Part shown: positions 25,828-37,865 of the stretch, piece by piece
How positions within the stretch are numbered: the first letter of the stretch is position 1
Layout: each line of letters starts with the position of its first letter
Source: Octopus vulgaris
Taxonomy: Eukaryota
Length of the DNA stretch: 64,000 bases
Direction: 5' to 3'
Assembly (NCBI GenBank): GCA_951406725.2
Contig: OX597825.1
Coordinates: forward strand, 52,080,001 to 52,144,000
Program-made: the position numbers and the translations under genes
Notes under the pieces: model-generated
What the model was told of the DNA's origin: nothing
The model's database searches: none
Seen by the model: only the letters and a program-made list of their open reading frames with translations

Positions 25828-26949
25828 AGCTTGATAATATGAGCAGGTTATCCAATCCATTTCTCTCAGCCATATACCACTTAAATAATAGTTAATGGGA
25901 ACATTGTGTCTAAATTCATAAGCAAGTGTTTTGTATACTCAAAACAGAATTCTAAAGAATTTCTATGAAATTAAAGATATATTTAAGAACTTTGTCTCCT
26001 GAATCCCACTGAAATCAGCTGTTTTTCGTTGACATAGAACAGAGACAAATATAAGAAATGATTTTATTGCTGAAAACAGAAGCATTGAAAGCTAGACAAT
26101 ACTTTAAGACTTATTTAACTTACTGAACATTTGTTTTTGAACATGAAAATAATGCAGATTATAAAAATAATTTTACATACAAAATAAAATACTATTGAAT
26201 TGTTGGGATATGAAATTTATCCCTGGATAGAAAACCGATCTACTGCAGGTTTAGTTAGTTGTTGTTGCTTGGCCTGTGTGATCAATAGCATCCAATGGTA
26301 ATCTTCAGACACTTTGTCCACTGTATCTTTCTTTAACTAAGATAGTATTCTGTCATTTAAAAAAAGATTTGACTTAATTTTAGCAGATGAAGTAACCAAA
26401 TAAAGGCCCTCTCAAATGCTCATTCTGTTCAAGTTCTTTTCACAAGAAAATCTTTCATTCCAGCAATGCAACTAATAACGTTTTTACCCATATACAATAT
26501 CTTTACTGTTTAGGGAAATTACATGCACTTTAACAAGGTACTGATTCACAGGTTGATGTAATGGGCCATTTAAGTGTTCTGATGTCTATCTGGCTGCAAT
26601 TTCTTGATTTTCTAATGCAATATTCTACCAAATAACTTTAATATACAAAGAAACAGTGAAAAAAACTTATACTATAAAATATTACAGCTTAACTGCTAGA
26701 ATTACAAATAAAATGTTGCAGCTTCACATAGCATTCCAAAGTCTATAGTGAATGGATAGAAGAAATGGTAAAGTAGAATACAAGAATTTTTATAAGTATT
26801 TAGTCATATCTTTTTCTGTTCTCAGTTGATATTCCACCAAGATTTAACCATAGCTCACACTCACTCACATATACACACAAAGAAACATTCACTCACTCAT
26901 TCCCTTATTCACTCACTCTCTCTGTAAATATCTAGTAATATCAAGGGAC

Positions 26950-27300
26950 AAGCATGTGGTAAGAAGTTTGCTTCTCAACCACATGGATCTGGGTTCAGTT
27001 CCACTGTATAGCACCTTAGGCAAGTGTCTTCAGGTGAATGGATCTGGTAGACGAAAACTGAAAGAAGCCCATTATATATATGTATATATATTTATGTGTG
27101 TGTCTTTGTGTCTGGTATCGCTTGACAGCTGACGTTGGTGTGAATATGTCCCTGTAACTTAGTGGCTTGGCAAAAGAGACTGATAGAATAAGTAGTGAGC
27201 TTACAAAGAATAAGTCCTGGGGTTGATTTCTTTGACTAGAAACAATTTAAGGTGCTACTTCAGCATGGTTGCAATTAAATAACTGAAACATGTAAGAGAG
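26950..27300 (+). mobile_element. SINE family A
   Basis: Head and tail motifs as in the other copies. Confidence 0.8.
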
Positions 27301-27363
27301 TAATCAGATAAGGTAATGATGAATTTATATATGTATATATGTATATATATATATGTGTATGTG

Positions 27364-27417
<54 letters not shown>

Positions 27418-27418
27418 C

Positions 27419-27531
<113 letters not shown>

Positions 27532-27532
27532 T

Positions 27533-27573
<41 letters not shown>

Positions 27574-27759
27574 TTTTATTTGCGTATTAAGGTTATCATT
27601 GGTTTTATGTTAAGAAAAATGTCTTTATAAATTTTCATGCTAATCACATGGAGATGAATGGCATTCTTCCATGTTGTCAGCTTGAGAAATTGTCAGGATA
27701 TTAAGATATTTTTTGTAACATGAAACCAAAGGTAGCCTTAATACACAAACATATCACAG

Positions 27760-28152
27760 TATCAACCAGACCATCAGATGCTGTTGTACATCACTGGTTA
27801 CAATGCACTTCCAGTTCTCTCTTGATTGCACCATTCCTTTCTATCTTGACTTAGATTGCTCAACTAAATCCTCTTCCCATCATCGTGAAGGCCTTCATAG
27901 TAGTCTTTTCTGGTCTCTTAGATGCCACTTGGCAATTGTATAGGTTCACTTGTTGTCTGTGACCCGTGTGACATGTCCAAACCAGAGGAACTTGTGTGTT
28001 CAGTACTCTGCAATCACACTGTTCATTCTGCCTTGTTCTCAGTTTATCACATTTCAAATGTGCTCTCTTCATGCTATACCTAGCATGGATCTTACCATGA
28101 CCCATTCTGTTGTAGCCAATTGATGTTCTACCATCTTCATAGCAGCCCATGT
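27760..28152 (-). mobile_element. RTE-clade LINE 3' coding fragment (decayed)
   Basis: Minus strand gives MVRSMLGIA*REHI*N...KFLWFGHVTRVTDNK*...WHLRDQKR; same family as 45600-45925. Confidence 0.75.
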
Positions 28153-28259
28153 TTTAATTGCATATATATATATAAGCATGGAATGTGGACGTTAAACGAT
28201 GATGATGATATAGCAATGCAGATAAACATGATGCGGCTTGAGATATAAAATATACATAC

Positions 28260-28292
<33 letters not shown>

Positions 28293-28610
28293 TATAGATA
28301 TAAATGGAGAGAAACAAAAACAGACAACATTAAGAAGATGCACACTCATGAAGATATTTATGTAGTTACAAAATAAATTTACTTGGAATTAAAAAATACA
28401 GAAAACGAAGTGGAGAATGAATGGTATTTTAGGTCCAGCAGCTGTTTCTGGGAGCACAGAATTACATAATAGTTGTAATATTCGTAATTATCAGATGGCA
28501 TGTGCAAAAGTCAAGGATATGCAACCAGTAGGTAGATGCACATAAACATTATTGTAATAACAACTTTCCTTGTTATCATACATTCACTCATGTATGTGTG
28601 TGTTTGTGAA

Positions 28611-28644
<34 letters not shown>

Positions 28645-28780
28645 AGCCGAAATTGCGAAGATGATCCGGTTCTTGACTGATGACTGAGAGCTTTGAAAGT
28701 CCCATCCGTGTTTTTTGTGTCGTCTTCTAAATGTTTCACGTTCTTGTCCCAGTTTATGTATTTTTTTATTTTTTTACTTT

Positions 28781-28890
<110 letters not shown>

Positions 28891-28924
28891 AAAAAAGGAG
28901 ATGTCGAACACGAGTGGTGATATA

Positions 28925-29190
28925 TCATCATCATCGTTTAGCGTCCGTTTTCCATGCTAGCATGGGTTGGACGGTTCTACTGGGGTCTGTGAAGCCAGAA
29001 GGCTTCATCAGGCCCAGTCAAATCTGGCAGTGTTTCTACGGCTGGATGCCCTTCCTAATGCCAACCACTCCGTGAGTGTAGTGGGTGCTTTTTACGTGCC
29101 ACCCGCACAGGTGCCAGACAGAGCTGGCAAATGGCCACGAACGGATGGTGCTTTTTATGTGCCACGGCACGAGGGCCAGGCGAAGCTGGC
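28925..29190 (-). mobile_element. Family B copy
   Basis: (CAT)n plus the conserved 3' end. Confidence 0.85.
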
Positions 29191-29191
29191 A

Positions 29192-29222
<31 letters not shown>

Positions 29223-30929
29223 GTAAGAGGAGGGATATGATATTCAGGCAGATATCGAATTTCTGTATGTAAAATGGCAAGGCTGGTTCCTTCAGATGGT
29301 GCACTTTATTGTAAACTTCCTTTAACCCCCATCCAAAATTACCTTATTTCTTGGCTACTTAGAGTGTAAAGTAGAGTATTGATAATAAGGAGAATTAAGA
29401 ATTTGAACATTCAAACTTTGTTTATTTCCAATTAACTTATTCATAATAATTGTCTGACACATGTTTCAATTATACTAATTGCATCTTGTTGCATATTTAT
29501 ATACAGTTACTTATGCATTATTAGTAGAATCTCTTTAGGGTATATAAACATGACATTGCTTAAACAGGAATTTTCCTCCATTATTAGTTTGAATTAGGCT
29601 TGGTGGTAGTAAACCCTGACTTTTCATCGATGAGCTGTTTTTATATGTATACAGATAGAAAGAATGTACCATAAAATGCACCACACTCAACCATTTACTT
29701 TAGCCAGCAAGTATGCTTCTAAAACACCAAATCCCAAAACCTCCTTAGTGGTAGCACACTACAAGTATGTAAACCTGAGAAGAAATTACAAAGAAGCAAT
29801 GTAATCTGTAAATTGTCTGTAAAAGAGGAATTTAACCAATATATAAGAAGTAACACAAATGCCAAGTACATTCAGTTATGAAAATTCTTAAATAAAATAG
29901 ATAAGACACAGTTGTGTGTTTAATATAACATTATCCCTATCATTTACATCTATATTATTTGCTGATATGGGTTGGATGGATTGACAAGATCCATATGATC
30001 CAAGGTGTGCCTGAAACACTTAAAAAGAACTTACTGCTGGATAATTAGCTTAGAAATCTGATATTGAGCAGAGGATTTTCACAATAATTTATTCATTTAT
30101 TGATCATGGCATGAATATAAAGAGGTCATGCTGACCTAATTCTATTGCTCATTAGTGATTAAGTGGAATAGTGGATGGATATATTTAACCTAATAAATAT
30201 TTATCTGGTTGGTCATAGGAGAAAATTAAGTGGGAAACATATTAGGAGAGTTCATATTTAAATTAGTTATCTTAAATGTAATCACATTAATTACATGAAT
30301 AATGAGACTAACTTAGAATTCCATCACATATTCAAATTTTACTGTTAATGTGTTCACATATACAATTGCTGAAAATTAAATGGATTGTTTTAAGGAATAA
30401 CAACTATAATACAGTATATATAATTTTTTCATACTAATAAAAGTAGACTTCTTCCTAACTTGGTGGTATAATAATGCAATAATACTTACAAAGTGTACGG
30501 ATTTGAAGTAAAGTAAAATTCAGACAAGCTGTAAAAGATCAATTTGCCCTTATTTTGAGTATTGCTATGAGAAATCATTCCAACACAGTATTTCCTACAA
30601 AATCTTTTTTATGCTTCATTAATAAAATAAGTAACAATCACCTTGAGTCCAAAATATACAAGAGAAATATACTCACCAACTCACATTAACTTGCACATGC
30701 ATAAACATTCATGCATTGATGCACACACATACACACATATATATATTTTTGTCCATTTTACTGTGTTGCATTGGGGCAAGTGTCGTCTACAATAACCAAG
30801 GGCTGAATAAAGTCTTGTGAGTTAAACATATATATCTAAATATGTATGGATACATACATGTGTATACAGTATGTATATATATGTATTAACACACATATAT
30901 ATGGGTGGAAAAGAACAATATGCTTTTAA

Positions 30930-31745
30930 ATGAAGATAAGTTTAATTTGATCCACTTTGGAAAAGAGGACATTCTGGAACTACCACAACCCCTTCCCTCA
31001 GGTGACTCCCTAGTGTCATCCAACAATACCAGAGACCTTAGAGTAATTGTTGATAACAATCTAAGCGCTGAGCAAGGTTGACTTGGCCCACATGATATGC
31101 TCCTGGATTCTGAGAACTTTCCGGTCTCAAGATGCCCACACCATCATCCTCCTCTATTCAACTGTTGCCTGACCGCCACCTTGAATACTGTTATCCACTG
31201 TGGTCTCTCTACATGAAGCAATTCATTATGAAAGTGGAAGCATTCCAGAGGTCAATGACAAGAAAGATAGATGGCATGACAGACATTGACTATTGGGTCG
31301 CATAAAAAAACTCAATTGTTACTTTCTTCAATACTGCTGGGAGTGCTACATCATTTGTGTGATGCGGAAAATATTCCATCCGTACTGCACAAATGATGTT
31401 GGCATCAGTTTTAAAATCCACCTAAGACTTGGCTCCTGTGCTTTCCTCCCACTACAAAAATTGAACTCACGACACATTCCAACGCAACTACTCTGCCTAA
31501 ATAGGTCCAGCTTTCTTTAAGAATATACCAAAATACATCAAAATGAAAATGGATCCCATAAAATTCAAAAGTTCTCTGGAAAAATTTCTCCAAAATATCA
31601 TGGACCAACCTCCCACACCTGGATGTGCCTCCAACAATAATAAATCTTTGCTTGAGTGGGCCATGGTGCCCCATATATGACTAAAATACTTCACTAGGTG
31701 GTACTATTTAGATATGGCCTGGGCTTATACTGGCTGAAACCTATC
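30930..31745 (+). mobile_element. CR1/L2-group LINE 3' fragment (decayed ORF2)
   Basis: Translation includes RDLRVIVDNNLS, WILRTFRS and PHLEYCYPLWS...KVEAFQR, matching the RDLGV.VD and P.LEYC..VWSP motifs. Confidence 0.8.
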
Positions 31746-31912
31746 AAAGTTATATATATATATGTGTATATATATATTCATTCATACACACACACACATA
31801 TATGTATGCATGTATACAGACACACATGCACACATCGTATATTATTATTTTTTTTTGAGAAAACCATATAAACAGAGAAGAAGCACACTCTAAGAAGTAG
31901 AGTGTCTATATT

Positions 31913-32195
31913 TATTACTGGTGAAGTCCTGTTTATAGGCTTACCCTGGGTTTCTCACCACAAAGAGTATCTTTATGGTATATCATCAGACCCTAAGACA
32001 TGTTGGCCTATGGCCTCTTTAAAGTATTGAGCAGGAAATGAAGTGGATATAAACAATGGGTGCTATCTCTTCATTGTTTATATCCACTTTCATTTCTCCC
32101 TCAATACTTTAAAGAGGCCATAGGCCAACATGTCTTAGGGTCTGATGATATACCATAAAGATACTCTTTGTGGCGAAAAACCTAGTGCAACCAGT

Positions 32196-32197
<2 letters not shown>
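31913..32197. mobile_element. Hairpin element with a hammerhead in each arm
   Basis: Arms ~31951-32058 and 32072-32182 are near-perfectly inverted around a 13-nt loop, next to (TA)n. Confidence 0.8.
31936..31995 (-). ncRNA. Type-I hammerhead ribozyme, core essentially intact
   Basis: UAGGGU CUGAUGA ua UACCAUAAAGA-uac-UCUUUGUGGUG a GAAA CCC-A-GGG UA AGCCUA. Confidence 0.7.
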
Positions 32198-32250
<53 letters not shown>

Positions 32251-32393
32251 GTTTCAATGTGTACAAATAACATGGAAAAATATAAATAGTTACCTGGGTA
32301 GCAAAAATTCACATAAGTGCCAAGGATGTTACAGCTTACTTATAAAGGTAGAAGTTCCAGGGTTTAATGAAATGTTTTTATATAACATAGAGG

Positions 32394-32800
32394 AATTAAG
32401 AAATGGAGTTAAACGCAGGTGTTATTCAAATCTTTATACTTCCAACATATGTTTTGAAGAAAACATTGGTATTATTCCTGAGGGAATAAAATGATGTAAA
32501 ACAATGTAAACATCTCGTCAGGGAGAGAAAGAGAAGCAAAACACACTAATAAGGTGTTTTAACCGAATGTGATTACCGAGTATATGATGAAGGGAACACT
32601 GGTATTCCCTTCATCATATACTTTGTAATCACATTCAGTTAAAACACCTTATTAGTGTGTTTTGCTTCTCTTTCATTCCCTGACGAAATGTTTACATTGT
32701 TTTACATCATTTTATTCCCTCAGGAATAATACCAATGTCTTTTTCAAAACATATGTTGGAAGTATAAAGATTTGAATAACACCTGGGTTAACTCCATTTC

Positions 32801-32806
<6 letters not shown>
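32394..32806. mobile_element. ~200-bp-arm hairpin element with hammerhead remnants
   Basis: Arms 32394-32596 and 32605-32806 are inverted around the 8-nt loop CACTGGTA. UUCC CUGACGA...AAAA CAUAUG UU GGAA at 32676-32761. Confidence 0.8.
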
Positions 32807-32861
<55 letters not shown>

Positions 32862-32953
32862 TAATCCAAACAAGAAAACAAAAACAAAAGAAAACAACAA
32901 CGCAAGAACGTGGAACAAATAAAGTATTATTGGACACTCAGGAAAGAAGGCGG

Positions 32954-32988
32954 GTTTGACTTTTCGAGCGGAGCTCTTCGTCAGAAAC
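32954..32988 (-). ncRNA. Minimal type-I hammerhead ribozyme within a pLTR-like fragment (~32865-33060)
   Basis: GUUU CUGACGA A GAGC-ucc-GCUC GAAA A GUC AAAC; one change from the GAAACGUC minimal PLE form. Confidence 0.75.
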
Positions 32989-33124
32989 ATAGGAGAAGGA
33001 AAGATCCTGAGAAGGGAAGACAGGGGAAAAAAAATCGCTAGTGATACAGACGAGGTCACATATATATATATACCCACACTACCAGAGATACCAGGCATTG
33101 TTTGGGATTAAAATGGCATCGTTT

Positions 33125-33320
33125 TTATTGTTTTACTTGTTTCAGTCATGTGACTGCGGCCATGCTGGAGCAGTGCCTCTAGTCGAAAAGATCAACCCCA
33201 GGATTTACTCATTGTAAGTCTAGTACTTATTCTATCAGTTTGCCAAATGGCTAAGTATGGATACATAAACACAGCGACATCAGTTCTGAAGCAATGATCA
33301 GGGTACAAACACAAACACAC
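33125..33320 (-). mobile_element. SINE family A, 3' part
   Basis: Shared tail. Confidence 0.8.
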
Positions 33321-33399
33321 ATACACACACACATATATATATACATATATATTATTTATATGTGTGTATATATATCTAAACATACACACACACAAACGC

Positions 33400-33454
<55 letters not shown>

Positions 33455-33551
33455 ACATATATATATATGTGAGAGAGATAAATAATCTATTCTCAAACGA
33501 ATGATAAACTACAGGATAAACTATACATATATTGCAGAAAAATTCTTTACC

Positions 33552-33624
33552 AGTCAGCTATGAGACTCGAACTCACATCCCTGTGATTACATGTCAAGTG
33601 CTTTACCTTTCAGCTAAACTGTCC
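33552..33624 (-). pseudogene. tRNA-derived sequence (UGU in the anticodon-like loop, Thr-like) inside a repeat element
   Basis: Minus strand GGACAGTTTAGCTGAAAGGTAAAGCACTTGACATGTAATCACAGGGATGTGAGTTCGAGTCTCAT... has an A box, a B box (GTTCGAGTC) and a downstream T5. The cloverleaf is imperfect. Confidence 0.6.
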
Positions 33625-33905
33625 AGTAACGAGTTGTTCTGCAATTTTTAGATTTATAAATCTAACTCTATAAGATGCTAATGTTAAATTCAGCTTACAA
33701 TGAATGTAAACAAAGTTTGCTTTAGAAACATTGAGATGTATTGAAAGATACAGAAATAATTTATTCTCGAGCGCATGATAATGCTAATACAATAATTTAT
33801 GCTATTGTATTAGCATTAGCATGTGTTTGAGAATAAATTATTTCTGTATCTTTCAATATATCTCAATGCTTCTAAAGTAAAATTTGTTTGTTTACTTTCA
33901 TCAGA

Positions 33906-33935
<30 letters not shown>

Positions 33936-33937
<2 letters not shown>

Positions 33938-34497
33938 ATAGTTATCGCCATACTAATATGGCATTCTTATAAAAATAAGAATAAAGCTGTCCGCTTATTA
34001 GCTCCATGAGGCCATCGCCTTAAGTTAGCTATTTGATACACAAACTGTATCCATATAACCTTCGAACAAGGGAGGTCTGTCGCTCCACACTACTTGACCG
34101 GCAGCTACAGACGCGTTTCGGGGTATTGCCCCTTTTCAATGCAGCGTAGCCAGACCAGTAGGTGTCGCTTCCGACAATCTCTGTTCGAAGGTTTTATTTA
34201 CCTAGCTTCGGTGGAATACATCCACTTGTTTTCAATAATAGAAATATTAAAATTACTAAGTCTGTAGCTGCCGGTCAAGTAGTGTGGAGCGACTGACCTC
34301 CCTTGTTCGAAGGTTATATGGATACAGTTTGTGTATCAAATAGCTAACTTAAGGTGATGGCCTCATGGAGCTAATAAGCGGACAGCTTTATTTTTATTTT
34401 TATAAGAATGCCATATTAGTATGGCGATAACTATTATTTTCCGGGAACGCTGCCGTTGTTCTCTTTTAGAGAGACTTAGTAATTTTAATATTTCTAT

Positions 34498-34500
<3 letters not shown>
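33936..34500. mobile_element. Young retrozyme/pLTR-like element in (TA)n: ~363-nt monomer present as two inverted, circularly permuted pieces
   Basis: 33936-34112 is inverted against 34260-34438, and 34235-34262 is inverted against 34473-34500. Hammerhead at 34104-34145. Confidence 0.85.
34104..34145 (-). ncRNA. Type-I hammerhead ribozyme (variant core UUGAAAA)
   Basis: GCUGCA UUGAAAA GGGG-caaua-CCCC GAAA CGCG UC UGUAGC. Stems I and II and the palindromic stem III are intact. Confidence 0.7.
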
Positions 34501-34536
<36 letters not shown>

Positions 34537-34587
34537 GTATATATATATATGTATATATATATGTATGTATGTATGTATATATGTGTG

Positions 34588-34618
<31 letters not shown>

Positions 34619-34681
34619 GTATGCATGTATGTATATATATATATATGTATGTATGTATGTATGTGTATATATATATGTATG

Positions 34682-34721
<40 letters not shown>

Positions 34722-34736
34722 TATATTATATTTTTG

Positions 34737-34767
<31 letters not shown>

Positions 34768-35145
34768 GTATGTATATATATATATATATGTATATATATA
34801 TGTATGTATGTATGTATGTATATATATATGTATGCATGTATGTGTATATATATATGTAGTGACAACCTGGCCACTGGTGGTGGTGTAACACACCATACTA
34901 ATCATATCTGTCAGGCATGTGGAAGAGAGTGTAATTTGGCAGGAGTATTTGCGACATGCAAAGGTAAATGAGGCCCAGTTACAACTACAGCCGGCTATTA
35001 CAGGTATAGGTTTTGATTTCCAATCCTGCATAAGACATTGTAGATCTTTAGCTGGGATAAAAGTCACATTCGATTACAGCACCAGTAACAATTAAGCTTC
35101 ATGCAATGGCCATACTCGATAATGAGGGGGCAGCCATAATGTATG

Positions 35146-35201
<56 letters not shown>

Positions 35202-35234
35202 TATACTTACTGTGGTTAATTATATAACCCGGGA

Positions 35235-35286
<52 letters not shown>

Positions 35287-35436
35287 ATATATATATATAT
35301 ATATATATGTAGTATATATATATGTATATATATGTATACATACATATATATATATGTATGTATGTATGTATATATATGTATATATATGTATACATATATA
35401 TATATATATGTATCTATATTTTTATATGTATGTATG

Positions 35437-35484
<48 letters not shown>

Positions 35485-35495
35485 CATATATATAT
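34500..35495. repeat. Long (TA)/(TATG) microsatellite field containing an unclassified repeat at 34856-35140
   Basis: The 35080-35140 block recurs at ~38423-38500. Confidence 0.8.
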
Positions 35496-35514
35496 TCTTG
35501 TATTCTATTATATG

Positions 35515-36050
35515 TTCCAGCCTTGAGGCTATGGTCACGCTTGGGCACCGCCATTGTAATCACCTTTTCATTGGCCAATTCTATGGGTTTGTCTTCTGTT
35601 GAAAGAGGGAGTTCGATATCGCTGCCCTCTTTTGAGTTTCCTTCCTTGATATTGGCTCATCTGGGATCTTGGGTAGTAAGAGGTCAAGTTGTTTCTTAAA
35701 ACATCTACTCCCACTCGATGGATGTCCCTCAGATGTTTTGGCAAGAAGTTAAATAGCTGTGGGCCTTTGAATTCCAAGCTATTGCAGTACATGGTCCTCA
35801 TCCTAGATGAGACAACTGGGACATTTGTAATAGTGCAGTGACATCCTTTTTGAGGTCTGGTATAACTCTCAATTCCAAAGTTTGGTGCCAGCCCCTCCAA
35901 TATCTTACATACATATATCATTGTGTACCTTTCCCATCTTCAGTCCAGAGGAAGAATCCTAGCTCTTTCGGTCTCTCCCAGTAGCTCAGCTTTTCTACTG
36001 ATGCAATATTTTTGTATAGTATCTCTGACCTTCCTCAAGTTCTGCTATTC
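35515..36050 (-). mobile_element. CR1/L2/Jockey-group LINE 3' fragment
   Basis: YVCKILEGLAPNFGIESY...NSLEFKGPQLFNFLPKHLRDI, typical of the C-terminus of these ORF2 proteins. Confidence 0.75.
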
Positions 36051-36054
36051 ATCC

Positions 36055-37347
36055 TAGAGCGTCTGCTTAGATGAGATGCAGTTTAGTTTTGTTCTGGATA
36101 GAAGCACCATTGATGCCATATTCCTGATTTGACACCTGCAGGAGAAATACCTAGGTAAAGATAAACCCCTCTACTTAGCTTTCGTGTGCAGCAGATGCAC
36201 AGGGGCAATAGACACAGATACTCAGAAAACAGATTCCATCACACTCCAAGGGGAGAAACTAGAAGTAGTTGATAGTTTCTGCTACCTAGGTGACCAAGTT
36301 AGTAGTGGAGGTGGATGCTCAGAGAGTGTCACCACTAGAATACAAATAGCCTGGGCAAAGTTTAGAAAGCTCCTACCCCTACTGGTGACAAAAATTCTCT
36401 CGCTCAGAGTGAAAGATAGGTTGTACAATGCATGTTTGTGAACTCCCATGCTTCACAGTAGTGAAAGATGGGCTGTGACTTCAGAGGACATGCGTAGGCT
36501 TGAAAGAAATGAAGCTAGCATGATCCGCTGGATGTGTAATGTCAGTGTACAAACACGACAGAGTGTAAGTGTCCTGAGAGAAATGCTGGATATAAGAAGC
36601 ATCGGATGTGATGTGCAAGTGAGACATTTGTGCTGGTATGGTCATGTACTATGGATGGATGAGGAGAGATGTGTGAAGAAGTGCCAGTCCCAAACAGTTG
36701 AAGGAATCCGGGGTAGAGATAGACCCAGGAAGACATGGGATGAGGTGGTCAGGCATGATCTTTGAACGGTGGGTTTCACAGAGGCAATAACAAAAGACTG
36801 AGATCTCTGGAGATATGCTGTGACTGCGAAGACCCGACAAATAATGTGAGTTCATGGCTATTCCCTGCACCAGCTTCACACAGCAGCCCCAGGCCATCCA
36901 AAGTACCTTGGATCGCAGGACAGCCTGCTGTGCTTACCTTGGATTGTAGGCGACCTGCTGTGCTTGAGGAAACCTATTGAATCAAGTACATCAACATCAA
37001 AATGAAAGTCAAATTGAAATTGTAATCGTGATACCTGTGCCAGTGGCACATAAAAAGCATCATCCAAACATGGCCGATGCCAGCACCACCTTGATTGGCT
37101 TCTGTGCCGGTGACATGTAAAAAGTTCCAACCGATCATGGCTGCTGCAAGCCTCCCCTGGCTCCTATGCTGGTGGCACATACAAAGCACCCACTACATTC
37201 AATGAGTGGTTGGTGTTAGGAAGGGCATCCAGCTGTAGAGACACTGCCAGATCAGACTGGAGCCTGGTGCAGCCTCCTGGCTTCCCAGACACCGGCTGAA
37301 CCGTCCAACCCATGCTAGCATTGAAAACAGATGTTAAACGATGATGA

Positions 37348-37350
<3 letters not shown>
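36055..37350 (+). mobile_element. RTE-clade LINE, 5'-truncated and internally deleted, with 3' UTR ending in (GAT)n
   Basis: QFSFV..RSTIDAIF..LQEKY..KPLYLAF jumps to LEVVDSFCYLG, then RIQIAWAKF, RLERNEASMIRWMC, WYGHV and GRDRPRKTWDEVV. The 3' UTR 36960-37350 matches family B. Confidence 0.9.
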
Positions 37351-37386
<36 letters not shown>

Positions 37387-37441
37387 TGTATATATACATA
37401 TATATAAATGTACATATAAATATATAGACATATATATACAT

Positions 37442-37826
37442 AGGTGCAGGAGTAGCTGTGAGGTAAATAGCTTGCTTGCCAACCACATGGTTCCGGCTTC
37501 AGTCCCACTGCGTGGCACATTGGGCAAGTGTCTTCTACTATAGCCTAACGCAGACCAATGCCTTGTGAGTGGATATGGTAGATGGAAATTGAAAGAAGCC
37601 CGTCGTATTTATGTATATATGTATGTGTTTGTGTGTCTGTGTTTGTCCCTCTAATATCGCTTGACAACCGATGCTGGTGTTTATGTCCCCATCATTTAGC
37701 AGTTTGGCAACAGATACCAATAGAATAAGTACTAGGCTTACAAAGAATAAGTCCTAGGGTTGATTTGCTCGACTAAAGGCGATGCTCCAGTATGAATGCA
37801 GTCAAATGACTGAAACAAGTAAAAGA
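37442..37826 (+). mobile_element. SINE family A, full length
   Basis: Complete head, internal microsatellite and tail. Confidence 0.9.
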
Positions 37827-37865
37827 TGCAAGATGTATGTATACACACACACATATATATATGTC

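Noticed and set aside
33552-33624. Functional tRNA-Thr gene
   Set aside because: The acceptor and anticodon stems are mismatched and it lies inside a repeat unit; treated as tRNA-derived.
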